DNA of 64,000 nt from NCBI RefSeq assembly GCF_048403405.1, contig NZ_CP183129.1, one strand, 5' to 3'. Position 1 is the stretch's first letter; each line of letters begins with the position of its first letter. The notes beneath the pieces are model-generated. The model saw only the letters and a list, made by a program, of their open reading frames with translations. It was not told the origin of the DNA and ran no database searches. Positions 22,651-32,235 of this stretch are shown here, piece by piece. The translations under genes and the position numbers were made by a program. Source of the stretch: Escherichia coli. Lineage in GTDB: Bacteria; Pseudomonadota; Gammaproteobacteria; Enterobacterales; Enterobacteriaceae.

Positions 22651-23178
22651 CTAAAAATAAGATGTGATACCCAGGGTGACGATGTCGCTCATACGTCTTA
22701 GTTTCAGCTTGTACATAATGTTGAATTTCTGAATCTTTAATGTTTGTTGCGAAATATTGAGCGTCGACGTGATATTGCTTTCATTTTTATTTTTCAGAAT
22801 CAGTTGCATAATTTTGAACTGATTATGTGAAAAACATAATTGTGAATTCTTATGGGGCAAGTGTTTACCATAAGTAATCTCAAGAAGATTTTTGATACTT
22901 TCTTTGCGGCTAACAAAATAAATAGGCGCTTTAGCTTTTAGTTTACTGATGTGATAAGGTGCCAAAACAATAATTCTCTCGGCATCTAATTTCTCCAGAA
23001 ATTTAATCGCTTCTTCATCAAGGATATGATTGTGATAGGTATCAATGATAACCTTGAAGGGTTTATTGCCTACTTTTTTGATCTCTGACAGGGAATTGAT
23101 TTTTATCATTTCGTGATTATCTTTCAACTGCCAAAAGCCCTGTAAAAGAAAAGAATCTTTCGTCATGAGAAAAATCAT
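22651..23178 (-). CDS. gadE: LuxR-family acid-resistance master activator GadE
   Basis: 175 aa from internal Met (MIFLMTKDSFLLQGF...); C-terminal LuxR HTH; the ORF-track N-terminal extension is rejected. Confidence 0.9.
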   Translation of the reverse strand: MIFLMTKDSFLLQGFWQLKDNHEMIKINSLSEIKKVGNKPFKVIIDTYHNHILDEEAIKFLEKLDAERIIVLAPYHISKLKAKAPIYFVSRKESIKNLLEITYGKHLPHKNSQLCFSHNQFKIMQLILKNKNESNITSTLNISQQTLKIQKFNIMYKLKLRRMSDIVTLGITSYF

Positions 23179-23976
23179 AACTTGCTCCTTAGCCGTTATC
23201 GTTTCGAACATGTCATCCTTTTCATTATTTACATCCTTGTCCGAATCGTTGTTCAATATAGTAAACGCCTATAAGAACTTTGCCCTTCGTGAACTAATAC
23301 GTCTATTAACACTAATCAATACTTCAGATTTATCCATCACGCACTCCATATATTGATCCTAAGTAAGATTCCTGGTTGTTATCAATTTGTAAATGGTAAA
23401 CAAAAAGTTAACGTTTGCGGATTACTGCCCAAGAATAAGTTATCAATAACCAGTTTGTGATCTCTGAAGAATATTACTAAAGTTAAAATGTAATCCGATT
23501 TAAATATCGAGTCTCCTTGTTTCGACTTAAGCTGGCAATTGGATTGCCAGCTTTCTTTTAACGCATTGAAATTACCTGAGTAAATAACGCATTCATGTCT
23601 TCAGGTTTTTATATAGCGTCTGGAGACACGGATATTTATGCAATGTAATCAACGCCTGTTGCAAAAAAATGAACCCGGATTACTTATTTAACCGCCCATA
23701 GCATCAACGCTTACAGAACTCTTTGTTCACTTTCCCACAGCACTTTTAAAACATTAAACCTGACTACGGAAAATATCAGCCATGATAATGTTTGAAATGG
23801 CTAATTTGCCATGGAATGAAAAAAATTAGATGAAATTCAGTAGGTTGAAATAATCATCAGCAGGTAATTATTTCAATGATAGTGCGCAATTGATCTACAA
23901 CGCTGTGTAGCGGAGAGAGTATTAATCGGATCATAGTCACATCAAGTGACTATGATCCGGGTGACAACAGGAATAA
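23179..23976 (-). promoter_or_regulatory. Large AT-rich gadE control region between hdeD and gadE
   Basis: About 800 bp of non-coding, strongly AT-rich DNA upstream of gadE, consistent with the known multi-promoter, H-NS-silenced gadE leader. Confidence 0.5.
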
Positions 23977-24549
23977 TTATTGCTGCTTAACGAACAAACT
24001 GGCGAAGCTGAACAGGCTGGCGGCGCTAAATATCAGTTCAATACCCACCAGTGTGGAAACCAAAGTTACAGACACCATCGGCGTTGCACCAAGGAATATC
24101 CAGGCAATGACGATATCCAGCACACCAATAACGAGCTGTAGCCAGCTGCCTTTCATTGAACGCTGACGATACCAACTCATCAGGCGAATAACCCCTGCAA
24201 CACAGAACAAACCGGCAATAAATGCCGCAATGGCAAAAATGCCCAGCTCCGGTGCGCGGATGAAGAAATAGCCGATCAATAAATAGGCGACTGCGACGAG
24301 GAAACCGGATAATACAGGCCAGAAATTATGACTGCGGTTGCTGAATAATCCAACAATAAGCGCAACGCCCGAGCAGATTAATAATGCACCCACTACCGTG
24401 CTTAAAATATCGCCAGAGACGAACGGGAAACTGATACACAGCAACCCGACGATAAACAGCAACACGGCAATAAACTGGATTGCTCTGCGATGCTTTTTCA
24501 GCATCTCCAGATCAAACTTCAAAATTGTTGCCTTATCTATATATAACAT
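23977..24549 (-). CDS. hdeD: Acid-resistance inner membrane protein HdeD
   Basis: 190 aa, multi-TM; synteny. Confidence 0.9.
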   Translation of the reverse strand: MLYIDKATILKFDLEMLKKHRRAIQFIAVLLFIVGLLCISFPFVSGDILSTVVGALLICSGVALIVGLFSNRSHNFWPVLSGFLVAVAYLLIGYFFIRAPELGIFAIAAFIAGLFCVAGVIRLMSWYRQRSMKGSWLQLVIGVLDIVIAWIFLGATPMVSVTLVSTLVGIELIFSAASLFSFASLFVKQQ

Positions 24550-24803
24550 AGAACCACCCTATAAAATTAAGAAAAAAATCTCCTGCTATCAATCTATGCC
24601 AAAAACGCGTCTAAGAATGCAGTCGATTTAATAAAAATTTCCTAATTACAGTATCTGATGCATCTGTAACTCATTGTATTGAAATAAAAATATCTGATTT
24701 TGATATTTTCCATCAACATGACATATACAGAAAACCAGGTTATAACCTCAGTGTCGAAATTGATTCGTGACGGCTCTTTCACTTTATAGTTGAGGATATT
24801 ACG

Positions 24804-25136
24804 ATGAAAAAAGTATTAGGCGTTATTCTTGGTGGTCTGCTTCTTCTGCCAGTTGTGAGCAATGCAGCGGATGCGCAAAAAGCAGCTGATAACAAAAAAC
24901 CGGTCAACTCCTGGACCTGTGAAGATTTCCTGGCTGTGGACGAATCCTTCCAGCCAACTGCAGTTGGTTTTGCTGAAGCGCTGAACAACAAAGATAAACC
25001 AGAAGATGCGGTTTTAGATGTTCAGGGTATTGCAACCGTAACCCCAGCTATCGTTCAGGCTTGTACTCAGGATAAACAAGCCAACTTTAAAGATAAAGTT
25101 AAAGGCGAATGGGACAAAATTAAGAAAGATATGTAA
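24804..25136 (+). CDS. hdeA: Periplasmic acid-stress chaperone HdeA
   Basis: 110 aa with signal peptide; sequence matches HdeA. Confidence 0.95.
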   Translation: MKKVLGVILGGLLLLPVVSNAADAQKAADNKKPVNSWTCEDFLAVDESFQPTAVGFAEALNNKDKPEDAVLDVQGIATVTPAIVQACTQDKQANFKDKVKGEWDKIKKDM

Positions 25137-25251
25137 TTCCGGGAATGCGTTACATCGTACTTCCTTGCATATTGAACAGGCCGGAATATCTTCTTTAAAA
25201 GCAGCTATTCCTCCTGTTCATATATAATCTCTATATTGAATGGGTTACAAA

Positions 25252-25578
25252 ATGAATATTTCATCTCTCCGTAAAGCGTTTATTTTTATGGGCGCTGTAG
25301 CGGCTTTGTCACTGGTGAACGCACAATCTGCGCTGGCAGCCAATGAATCCGCTAAAGATATGACCTGCCAGGAATTTATTGATCTGAATCCAAAAGCAAT
25401 GACCCCGGTTGCATGGTGGATGCTGCATGAAGAGACAGTATATAAAGGTGGCGATACCGTTACTTTAAATGAAACCGATCTCACTCAAATTCCTAAAGTG
25501 ATCGAATACTGCAAGAAAAACCCGCAGAAAAATTTGTATACCTTCAAAAATCAAGCATCTAATGACTTGCCGAATTAA
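25252..25578 (+). CDS. hdeB: Periplasmic acid-stress chaperone HdeB
   Basis: 108 aa from MNISSLRKAF...; signal peptide; synteny. Confidence 0.92.
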   Translation: MNISSLRKAFIFMGAVAALSLVNAQSALAANESAKDMTCQEFIDLNPKAMTPVAWWMLHEETVYKGGDTVTLNETDLTQIPKVIEYCKKNPQKNLYTFKNQASNDLPN

Positions 25579-25595
25579 TGAGGTACAAGTAAAAA

Positions 25596-25635
25596 GGAGT
25601 AGCAAGTTGAGCCATCTTGCTGCTCCTTTTTGCAT
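25596..25635 (+). terminator. Hairpin plus T-run after hdeB (ggagtagcaag ... cttgctgctcc ttttt)
   Basis: Inverted repeat followed by TTTTT. Confidence 0.6.
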
Positions 25636-25641
25636 TTTTAT

Positions 25642-26289
25642 ATGACAGCAGAATTTATTATACGTCTTATACTCGCAGCAATTGCCTGTGGCGCTATTGG
25701 CATGGAAAGGCAAATGCGCGGCAAAGGAGCAGGGTTACGCACACATGTATTAATTGGCATGGGAAGCGCCCTGTTTATGATTGTTTCGAAATATGGTTTT
25801 GCTGACGTACTGTCTTTAGATCACGTCGGACTGGACCCCAGCCGTATTGCTGCTCAGGTGGTGACGGGCGTCGGGTTTATCGGTGCAGGTAACATTCTCG
25901 TTCGTAACCAAAATATTGTAGGTCTGACGACGGCAGCGGATATCTGGGTGACCGCCGCCATAGGTATGGTTATTGGCAGTGGTATGTACGAACTGGGTAT
26001 TTATGGTTCAGTGATGACCTTGCTGGTGCTGGAAGTGTTCCATCAATTAACCTTCCGCCTGATGAACAAAAATTACCATTTACAGCTGACATTAGTGAAC
26101 GGTAATACGGTATCAATGCTCGACTGGTTTAAGCAGCAAAAAATAAAAACTGATTTAGTTTCGTTGCAGGAAAATGAAGATCATGAAGTGGTCGCCATTG
26201 ATATCCAGCTTCATGCCACAACGTCGATAGAAGATCTGTTGCGATTATTAAAAGGTATGGCAGGGGTAAAAGGCGTTTCAATTAGCTAA
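25642..26289 (+). CDS. yhiD: MgtC-family inner membrane protein
   Basis: 215 aa from MTAEFIIRLILAAIACGAIGMERQ... Confidence 0.9.
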   Translation: MTAEFIIRLILAAIACGAIGMERQMRGKGAGLRTHVLIGMGSALFMIVSKYGFADVLSLDHVGLDPSRIAAQVVTGVGFIGAGNILVRNQNIVGLTTAADIWVTAAIGMVIGSGMYELGIYGSVMTLLVLEVFHQLTFRLMNKNYHLQLTLVNGNTVSMLDWFKQQKIKTDLVSLQENEDHEVVAIDIQLHATTSIEDLLRLLKGMAGVKGVSIS

Positions 26290-26308
26290 TCTGTATAGTT
26301 ATTTATTC

Positions 26309-26342
26309 GCAGGAGTACCAGTGCGGTACTCCTGTTGGTTTT
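26309..26342. terminator. Bidirectional hairpin between convergent yhiD and chuV (gcaggagtacc-agtgc-ggtactcctg)
   Basis: Perfect 10-11 bp inverted repeat. Confidence 0.6.
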
Positions 26343-27111
26343 AATGATCGAGGACGATCAGGGGTGAATGGTTGGCAGGATCTTTAAGTACGGTAATATC
26401 CGCGCCGTAAAGCATGGTCAGCGCCTGCTGTGTCAATACGTCCTGTGGTTTACCATTTGCGATAACCCTTCCTTTTTGCATTAATACAACACGGTCTGCA
26501 TAACGCGCGGCAAGATTTAGATCGTGCAATACGCAGCAAACATTGAACTGCCGTTCGTGAACTAACTGGCGTAATAAACGGAACAAGTGCTGCTGATGGT
26601 GAATATCCAGCGCCGAAGTTGGTTCATCAAGAAATAACCATTTCGGTGAGGGAGTAGGTTCCCAGAGTTGCACCAGCAGGCGCGCTAATTGCACGCGCTG
26701 TTGTTCACCACCGGATAATTGCCGATAGTCGCGGTTTGCTAACGCCTGACAGTCACATAACGCCATTATTTGTGCTGTTTCATTATCCTGATTACCAGTA
26801 CGATGCGGATGCCGACCCATCTGGATAACTTCTTGTACGCTGAATGGAAACGCCATGTGGCTATTTTGACGCATCACGGCCCGGTGTTTCGCCAGTTCAG
26901 TAATCGACCATTCATTTAATGGCTTATTAAACAACCGACATTCGCCGCTATCAGGTTGAAGATAGCCGGTTAACTGGCGAAGCAGCGTAGATTTTCCCGC
27001 ACCATTAGGGCCGAGAATGGCAACAATTTCCCCACCGGGAAAAGTCAGCGAGACATTGTCAGTCAGACGCCGCCCCTGAAGGCTATAAACCAGATTCTGG
27101 GCGCTGATCAT
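26341..27111 (-). CDS. chuV: Hemin ABC transporter ATP-binding protein
   Basis: About 256 aa from [10 protein letters not shown]...; Walker A (GPNGAGKST), ABC signature (LSGGEQQRV), Walker B (LFLDEP); start overlaps the chuU stop. Confidence 0.9.
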   Translation of the reverse strand: MISAQNLVYSLQGRRLTDNVSLTFPGGEIVAILGPNGAGKSTLLRQLTGYLQPDSGECRLFNKPLNEWSITELAKHRAVMRQNSHMAFPFSVQEVIQMGRHPHRTGNQDNETAQIMALCDCQALANRDYRQLSGGEQQRVQLARLLVQLWEPTPSPKWLFLDEPTSALDIHHQQHLFRLLRQLVHERQFNVCCVLHDLNLAARYADRVVLMQKGRVIANGKPQDVLTQQALTMLYGADITVLKDPANHSPLIVLDH

Positions 27112-28100
27112 GTGATCCTCCGGTTGCGCAGAATCAACCACATAAAATAAGGACCGCCAAGCAGGCTGGTTAATAATCCCACGGGCATTTCTGCTGGCTG
27201 TACCAGCGTGCGGGCAAGCGTGTCTGCCATCAGCAATAAACAGGCTCCGGCGAGGGCGGAGCAAGGGATTAGCCAGCGGTGATTTGCCCCGGTAGTCATA
27301 CGAATCAGATGCGGGATCACCAGGCCAATAAAGCCGATAATGCCGCTTACCGATACGGCGGCACCAACGAGCAGTGAGCTCACTAACAGTAATTGCTGGC
27401 GTTTACGCTTAACGTTCACGCCGAGGTAGTGGGCTTCTTCATCACCGAGCTGCAGTAAATTCAGCGTTCCGGCGAGACAAGTTGTTGCGATAATGGCCGG
27501 TAGGATGAATGAACTGGCAACCAATAACGTCGGCCATTGCGCCTGTCCAAGATTGCCCATCATCCACAATGTGAGTTGTCGTAGCTGCTGCTCATCGCCG
27601 ATATAGCTCAGGATGCCGATCGCTGCGCCGCACAGGGCATTGATGGCGATACCGGCGAGTAATAATTGCATCATGCTGCCATCGCGATGGCGCTGCGTGA
27701 TGAGAAAAATGATGGTGCAGACCACTAAACTTCCGGCAATGGCAAACACCATTTGCTCATAGAGCACCAGCACCACTGGGAAGGAGAAGGGCAGCACAAT
27801 AGCAACGCCAACCATTAATGCAGAACCGCTACTGACGCCGAGTAATCCAGGGTCAGCCATTGGGTTGCGAAAAAGCCCCTGCATAATTACCCCGGCGGTT
27901 GCCAACGCTGCACCTACCAGCACCGCCAGCAAAACCCGTGGTAGACGAATATTGAGCCAGATATCGCGGTATTCCTCATCAAAAAGGGCATCAAAACTGA
28001 TCTTTAACGCTCCCTGACTGGCACCGAACAGCACCAGGGCAAGCAATAATAGTGATAGCCCCATAAAGACCCTGGCGGATGAAAATGAATCCTTGAGCAC
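27108..28100 (-). CDS. chuU: Hemin ABC transporter permease (FecCD family)
   Basis: 330-aa polytopic membrane protein; operon context. Confidence 0.9.
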   Translation of the reverse strand: MLKDSFSSARVFMGLSLLLLALVLFGASQGALKISFDALFDEEYRDIWLNIRLPRVLLAVLVGAALATAGVIMQGLFRNPMADPGLLGVSSGSALMVGVAIVLPFSFPVVLVLYEQMVFAIAGSLVVCTIIFLITQRHRDGSMMQLLLAGIAINALCGAAIGILSYIGDEQQLRQLTLWMMGNLGQAQWPTLLVASSFILPAIIATTCLAGTLNLLQLGDEEAHYLGVNVKRKRQQLLLVSSLLVGAAVSVSGIIGFIGLVIPHLIRMTTGANHRWLIPCSALAGACLLLMADTLARTLVQPAEMPVGLLTSLLGGPYFMWLILRNRRIT

Positions 28101-28150
28101 GCAAAACTCCGTTATGACGTTGCGGCGCGGAGAGTCTGCGCCGCATGGGA

Positions 28151-28774
28151 TTACGCCGGTTTCAGGTCAGGTTCAATCAGACTGTAGATCTGCTTGTTGA
28201 GTGCTGGCGCGTTTGCCAGTTCATGAATGTGTGCAGCGACATCGGCACGGTGAACAAAACCATGACACTCCTGATTTTGTATCCGTTGTGCTTTGCCCGT
28301 TGCCGCCCCATCAAGCAGACCGCCAGGGCGGAGAATGGCGTAATCAAGCTGGCTGGTTTGCAACCAGCTTTCCGCCAGCGTTTTTTCCCGTACCGCCTGA
28401 CCAAACGCAGCCTTTGCCCGCTCCGATAAAAACGGCCAGCTATCGCCGCATCCCAAAGAGGTCACCAGAATCATGCGACTAATGCCGGCCTTTTCGGCCT
28501 CATCAATCACTGTTCTGTGCGCCAGATAATCCTGAGCTCCTCCCATTGTTGAGATGATAAGCGCATCCGGGCCAGCTGCGTGGCAAGCAGCCGCAACTAC
28601 GCTGGCATCACAGGCGTCGCCTGTAAAAACCTGTACGCCTTGTTGCGCCAGTTTCGTGGCGGCATCGGCATGACGAACGACAGCAACGACCGGACGTTGT
28701 TCCGCCAGCGCCAGTTCAAGCGTTCTGGCACCCACACCTTTTCCGCCTGCGCCAAAGAGTAGCCACGGCGTCAT
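28151..28774 (-). CDS. chuY: NAD(P)-binding Rossmann-fold protein ChuY (anaerobilin reductase-like)
   Basis: 207 aa; N-terminal nucleotide-binding motif (LLFGAGGKGVG); position in the chu operon. Confidence 0.8.
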   Translation of the reverse strand: MTPWLLFGAGGKGVGARTLELALAEQRPVVAVVRHADAATKLAQQGVQVFTGDACDASVVAAACHAAGPDALIISTMGGAQDYLAHRTVIDEAEKAGISRMILVTSLGCGDSWPFLSERAKAAFGQAVREKTLAESWLQTSQLDYAILRPGGLLDGAATGKAQRIQNQECHGFVHRADVAAHIHELANAPALNKQIYSLIEPDLKPA

Positions 28775-29268
28775 CAGGCGTGTTCCTTTAACGATGCCGC
28801 CAGAGCATGGAAAGCGTTGACCTGTTCGCTCAGGAGCTGACGATGGTCATCCCTGCCGAGGAAGATTTTCAGCATGGCGCTGCCTTCCTTATTGAAAAAG
28901 AGAATAGAGGCGGTGTCCATGCCCATAAATTTACGTTCGATCAAGGCAATATGTGTGCAGTTTTCTGCTTTGATATGCCCGGACATGCCGTGCTTTCCGC
29001 GTAGGTTGAAATAGCCGTGGCGGTGGAAACCCGAAGGCAGTTCGCCGCTAAATTCGAGGATTACATCGGCAGTATGTACTAACGTGGTGACGTTGCCCCA
29101 TTCGCAGACGGTATCCCAGACAGTATCGAATTTATCGCCTGACACTATGGTAGAGGAGGGCAGATTTTTCACTACTTCCAGCAGTGTGGTGTTGTATTGT
29201 TCGGCTACCACCTCCAGCGTACCGTCCGGCTCCGTTTTCAAAAATTCTTGTAACGAGACATGGCTCAT
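28774..29268 (-). CDS. chuX: Heme-binding/trafficking protein ChuX
   Basis: 164 aa; operon position between chuW and chuY; stop overlaps the chuY start. Confidence 0.8.
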   Translation of the reverse strand: MSHVSLQEFLKTEPDGTLEVVAEQYNTTLLEVVKNLPSSTIVSGDKFDTVWDTVCEWGNVTTLVHTADVILEFSGELPSGFHRHGYFNLRGKHGMSGHIKAENCTHIALIERKFMGMDTASILFFNKEGSAMLKIFLGRDDHRQLLSEQVNAFHALAASLKEHA

Positions 29269-29280
29269 AAATCACTCCTG

Positions 29281-30618
29281 TTATGGTTTTTCACGCACAA
29301 TCGCTGGCGCATTAAGTACCTGAATTAGTTCATTAAGAGACTGCAAAATATTGCTTGCCCAGAAACGACCTTCATTAGTCAGCCGCAGGCAAGTTGACGC
29401 ATCGCGACTTAAGCCTTTTTGGTGCCATTGAGCCAGTAACGGCGCGAGTTTTTCGGCATGTGGCGTAAGTTCATCCAGCGGTACACGCGCTGTTTCAACA
29501 CCTGACTGCAAGGTATGACGCCATTGCGCATCACGTTCGGCGTTACGCATGATCATCATCAGCGGTTTTTTGCCTGCCGCGACGGATTCATGCCAGGTCT
29601 GAAGATTGCGTTCGTTCATCCAGGAGTAACCATTAATCGAACCGCCGGCTCCGGAACCAAAGGCCAGACAATCGGCACCTTGTTTAATCAGCAGGTTATA
29701 GAGATTGCGTTCGCGTGTGGTACGGCCCCAGTGGCTGTTACTGATGCAGCGCCAACCGGCTTCGTCCATGAAGTCACACCCTTGCAGATAAAGATCGCGA
29801 CGTTCTGCCGGAGAGGGCACGGTAGTGCGCCCATTTTCCACGGCTTTGCCCAGCGGTGTATTGGGCAGGACATTGAGCGCATAGAGATCGACGCCGTCGA
29901 GACCGATATCGCGAGCAATAGCCAGATCTTCTCCCCAGGTTTGCGCATCCTGACCCGGCAGGCCAAACAGCAGGTCACAGACCACCGCAGCACGGTCGCG
30001 TTTGACCAGGCTTTCCATAAACGCAATGGCGGTTGGGCCATCCGAGGTGCGGGCCATTTTCTTACGGATTTTGCTGTTAAACGACTGAATACCAATTGAG
30101 AAGCGGTTTGCTCCTGCATCAAGGCAAGCATCGATTCGCTCAGCGTCAAAATTCAGTACCCGGCCTTCGATAGTGATTTCACAATCAGGGGCCAGTGGCA
30201 GCTTTTCTCGTAATATATTGATAATTCTGGCTAAATCGTGTGCAGAAAGCGCGGAAGGCGTGCCGCCACCGAAATAGACCGCGTGGATGGGGGCAGACTG
30301 ATGCAATACGCTGTCCGCTTCCATTTCTATTTCACGAATCAGGGCGTCGGTATAATGAGCACACGCATCCTCATTAAAACGGTTCTGATAAAAACCACAA
30401 AACGTGCAGTGTGTCGCACAAAAAGGAATGTGTAGATAAACCAGTCGCTTACGTGGTGATACCGTTTGATTGATCATCTCTTGCCAGGTCTGTGCCAGTT
30501 GCTCTTTGGCAACCGGAATGGCTCCACGAAACGGCATCATGGCGCGCCTGTCTTTAAATGGCTGATCACCGTCTAAAGCAAAATGTGGCGTGAGATCCAG
30601 GGTGTTATTTGCGTTCAT
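29281..30618 (-). CDS. chuW: Radical-SAM anaerobic heme-degrading methyltransferase ChuW (HemN-like)
   Basis: 445 aa; radical-SAM Cys cluster (CATHCTFC). Confidence 0.88.
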   Translation of the reverse strand: MNANNTLDLTPHFALDGDQPFKDRRAMMPFRGAIPVAKEQLAQTWQEMINQTVSPRKRLVYLHIPFCATHCTFCGFYQNRFNEDACAHYTDALIREIEMEADSVLHQSAPIHAVYFGGGTPSALSAHDLARIINILREKLPLAPDCEITIEGRVLNFDAERIDACLDAGANRFSIGIQSFNSKIRKKMARTSDGPTAIAFMESLVKRDRAAVVCDLLFGLPGQDAQTWGEDLAIARDIGLDGVDLYALNVLPNTPLGKAVENGRTTVPSPAERRDLYLQGCDFMDEAGWRCISNSHWGRTTRERNLYNLLIKQGADCLAFGSGAGGSINGYSWMNERNLQTWHESVAAGKKPLMMIMRNAERDAQWRHTLQSGVETARVPLDELTPHAEKLAPLLAQWHQKGLSRDASTCLRLTNEGRFWASNILQSLNELIQVLNAPAIVREKP

Positions 30619-30637
30619 TCGTCTGATTTAAATCCAT

Positions 30638-31552
30638 TTATTGCGGCCAAAGCTGCTGGTGTAAAGACTCAACGACATCAGCAATACGCGGACCCATTCC
30701 CAGAATCAGGTTTTGATCAACGGTGATAATGCGCTGGTTTTTCCATGCGGCAGTGTGGGTAATTCCGGCAATAGAACGTAGCCGATTAATATCGCCATCG
30801 ACCATTTGTGAGGTTACGACAATCACTTCTGGATTGGCCGCAATCAGTGATTCTGCACTGTAGCTTTTGTACTGCTGGTGGGTTGCGACGTTTTCTGCTC
30901 CGGCAAGCGAAAGAATGGCGTCCGCGACGCTGCCTTTACCGGCAACCTGTGGCGCACTTCCGCCTGCGGAGAGAATAAACATGGCTTTAACCGGGGCTTT
31001 TTTGGCCGCCACGTTTTGCTGTACTCGCTCCAGGCGTTGGTTGATCTGTGTCACCAGCGCCTCGCCTTGTTCAGGAACCTGTAGCGTTTTTGCCAGTTGG
31101 CGAATGTTGGCGTACATCTGCTCAAGGGTGGCAGGCACACGCGGCAGGGTAACGACGTTGACTTTCTGCGCCCGCAGCTGGTCGAGCACAATTTGTGGCC
31201 CGGCATCCTGCCAGGTAATTACGCTATCCGGGCGAAGTGACAAAATGCCTTCGCTGCTGAGTTGTTTCCAGTAGCCAATATGCGGCAGTTTGGCGGTTTC
31301 TGGTGGGTAAGATGTCGTTTCATCGACACCAACCACGCGTTCGCCAGCGCCCATCGCGTAGATTAGCTCCGTCAGCGATCCTCCTGCGACCACGATACGT
31401 TCGGCAGCCGTTACGCTAAAAGCCCAGCTAAGAGCCAGTACTGCCGTAAACAATTTTTTTCGTTTTACCGCGGTCTTCGCGGCAGAGGCCACGGCTGAAA
31501 TACATAACGTCAGTGGGGAAAAAAGAAACGGCCTGGTGATGATCCTTGGCAT
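30638..31552 (-). CDS. chuT: Periplasmic hemin-binding protein ChuT
   Basis: Start chosen at the internal Met (MPRIITRPF..., ~304 aa) because a Fur box lies inside the longer ORF-track call. Start still uncertain; a GTG start nearer the signal peptide is possible. Confidence 0.8.
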   Translation of the reverse strand: MPRIITRPFLFSPLTLCISAVASAAKTAVKRKKLFTAVLALSWAFSVTAAERIVVAGGSLTELIYAMGAGERVVGVDETTSYPPETAKLPHIGYWKQLSSEGILSLRPDSVITWQDAGPQIVLDQLRAQKVNVVTLPRVPATLEQMYANIRQLAKTLQVPEQGEALVTQINQRLERVQQNVAAKKAPVKAMFILSAGGSAPQVAGKGSVADAILSLAGAENVATHQQYKSYSAESLIAANPEVIVVTSQMVDGDINRLRSIAGITHTAAWKNQRIITVDQNLILGMGPRIADVVESLHQQLWPQ

Positions 31553-31581
31553 AATATGAGAACTCTTATCAAGTTGAGAAT

Positions 31582-31607
31582 GATCATGATTATCATTTGA
31601 GTTATAT
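31582..31607. promoter_or_regulatory. Fur box at the chuT operon promoter (gagAATGATcATgATTATCATT)
   Basis: Close match to the GATAATGATAATCATTATC consensus about 30 bp upstream of the chuT ATG. Confidence 0.6.
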
Positions 31608-31927
31608 ATGAAATACAACCGTCGATTCAATACGCACGGCGTTACAAGCGTATTTATTTTTGATTTTTATCAAGATGCTTCGTCAGCTAACGTTCTTGTT
31701 ACCGACTAAATTTCAGCGCGGGAAAAAGCTGAGAACCCAGAGATATCAAGGCTTGCAGAGCAAAGCGAAGAGAAAATTATCACTGTTAACGACAAAGTTT
31801 AGTGATGAGGTCATGGGGGAATAACCATAAAAACAAAGTGGTTTCCAGGGCGCAGGATAAGTTTCATAACCCCCTGTTTATTGTGTTAATGGCGGTTAAA
31901 AAAAAGCTTGATCATAAAAAATTGATC

Positions 31928-31946
31928 GATAATAATTCTCATTATC
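31928..31946. promoter_or_regulatory. Fur box at the chuA promoter (GATAATAATTCTCATTATC)
   Basis: 15 of 19 positions match the Fur consensus; about 290 bp upstream of the chuA ATG, implying a long 5' leader. Confidence 0.65.
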
Positions 31947-32235
31947 ACGTTTGTATTTAACAAAATACGGCCATATGGATAACAAAGCCATATCATTTAC
32001 AAGGGGTAACGCACAGCGCTCTTCACTCCTGATGGGGCATATCGTTTTGCCTGACAAAGAGGGCGTGCTTTTGCGTATTTGCCGAGATACCAGGCAATTT
32101 CATGGGATATAAACGCCTGTAAACTCACCCGGCGAATATTATCGCTCTGAATTTTAAATAAATTTATTTTTCGCCAGCCACCCCGGTATTAACCCAGGCA
32201 GCCAGCATTTTTTATTTTCCTCATGGAGAATCGCT

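Noticed and set aside
31553-31630. Longer chuT start at 31630 (330 aa)
   Set aside because: The extension would place the Fur operator inside the coding sequence and adds a non-signal-like N-terminus; kept as an uncertainty rather than a call.
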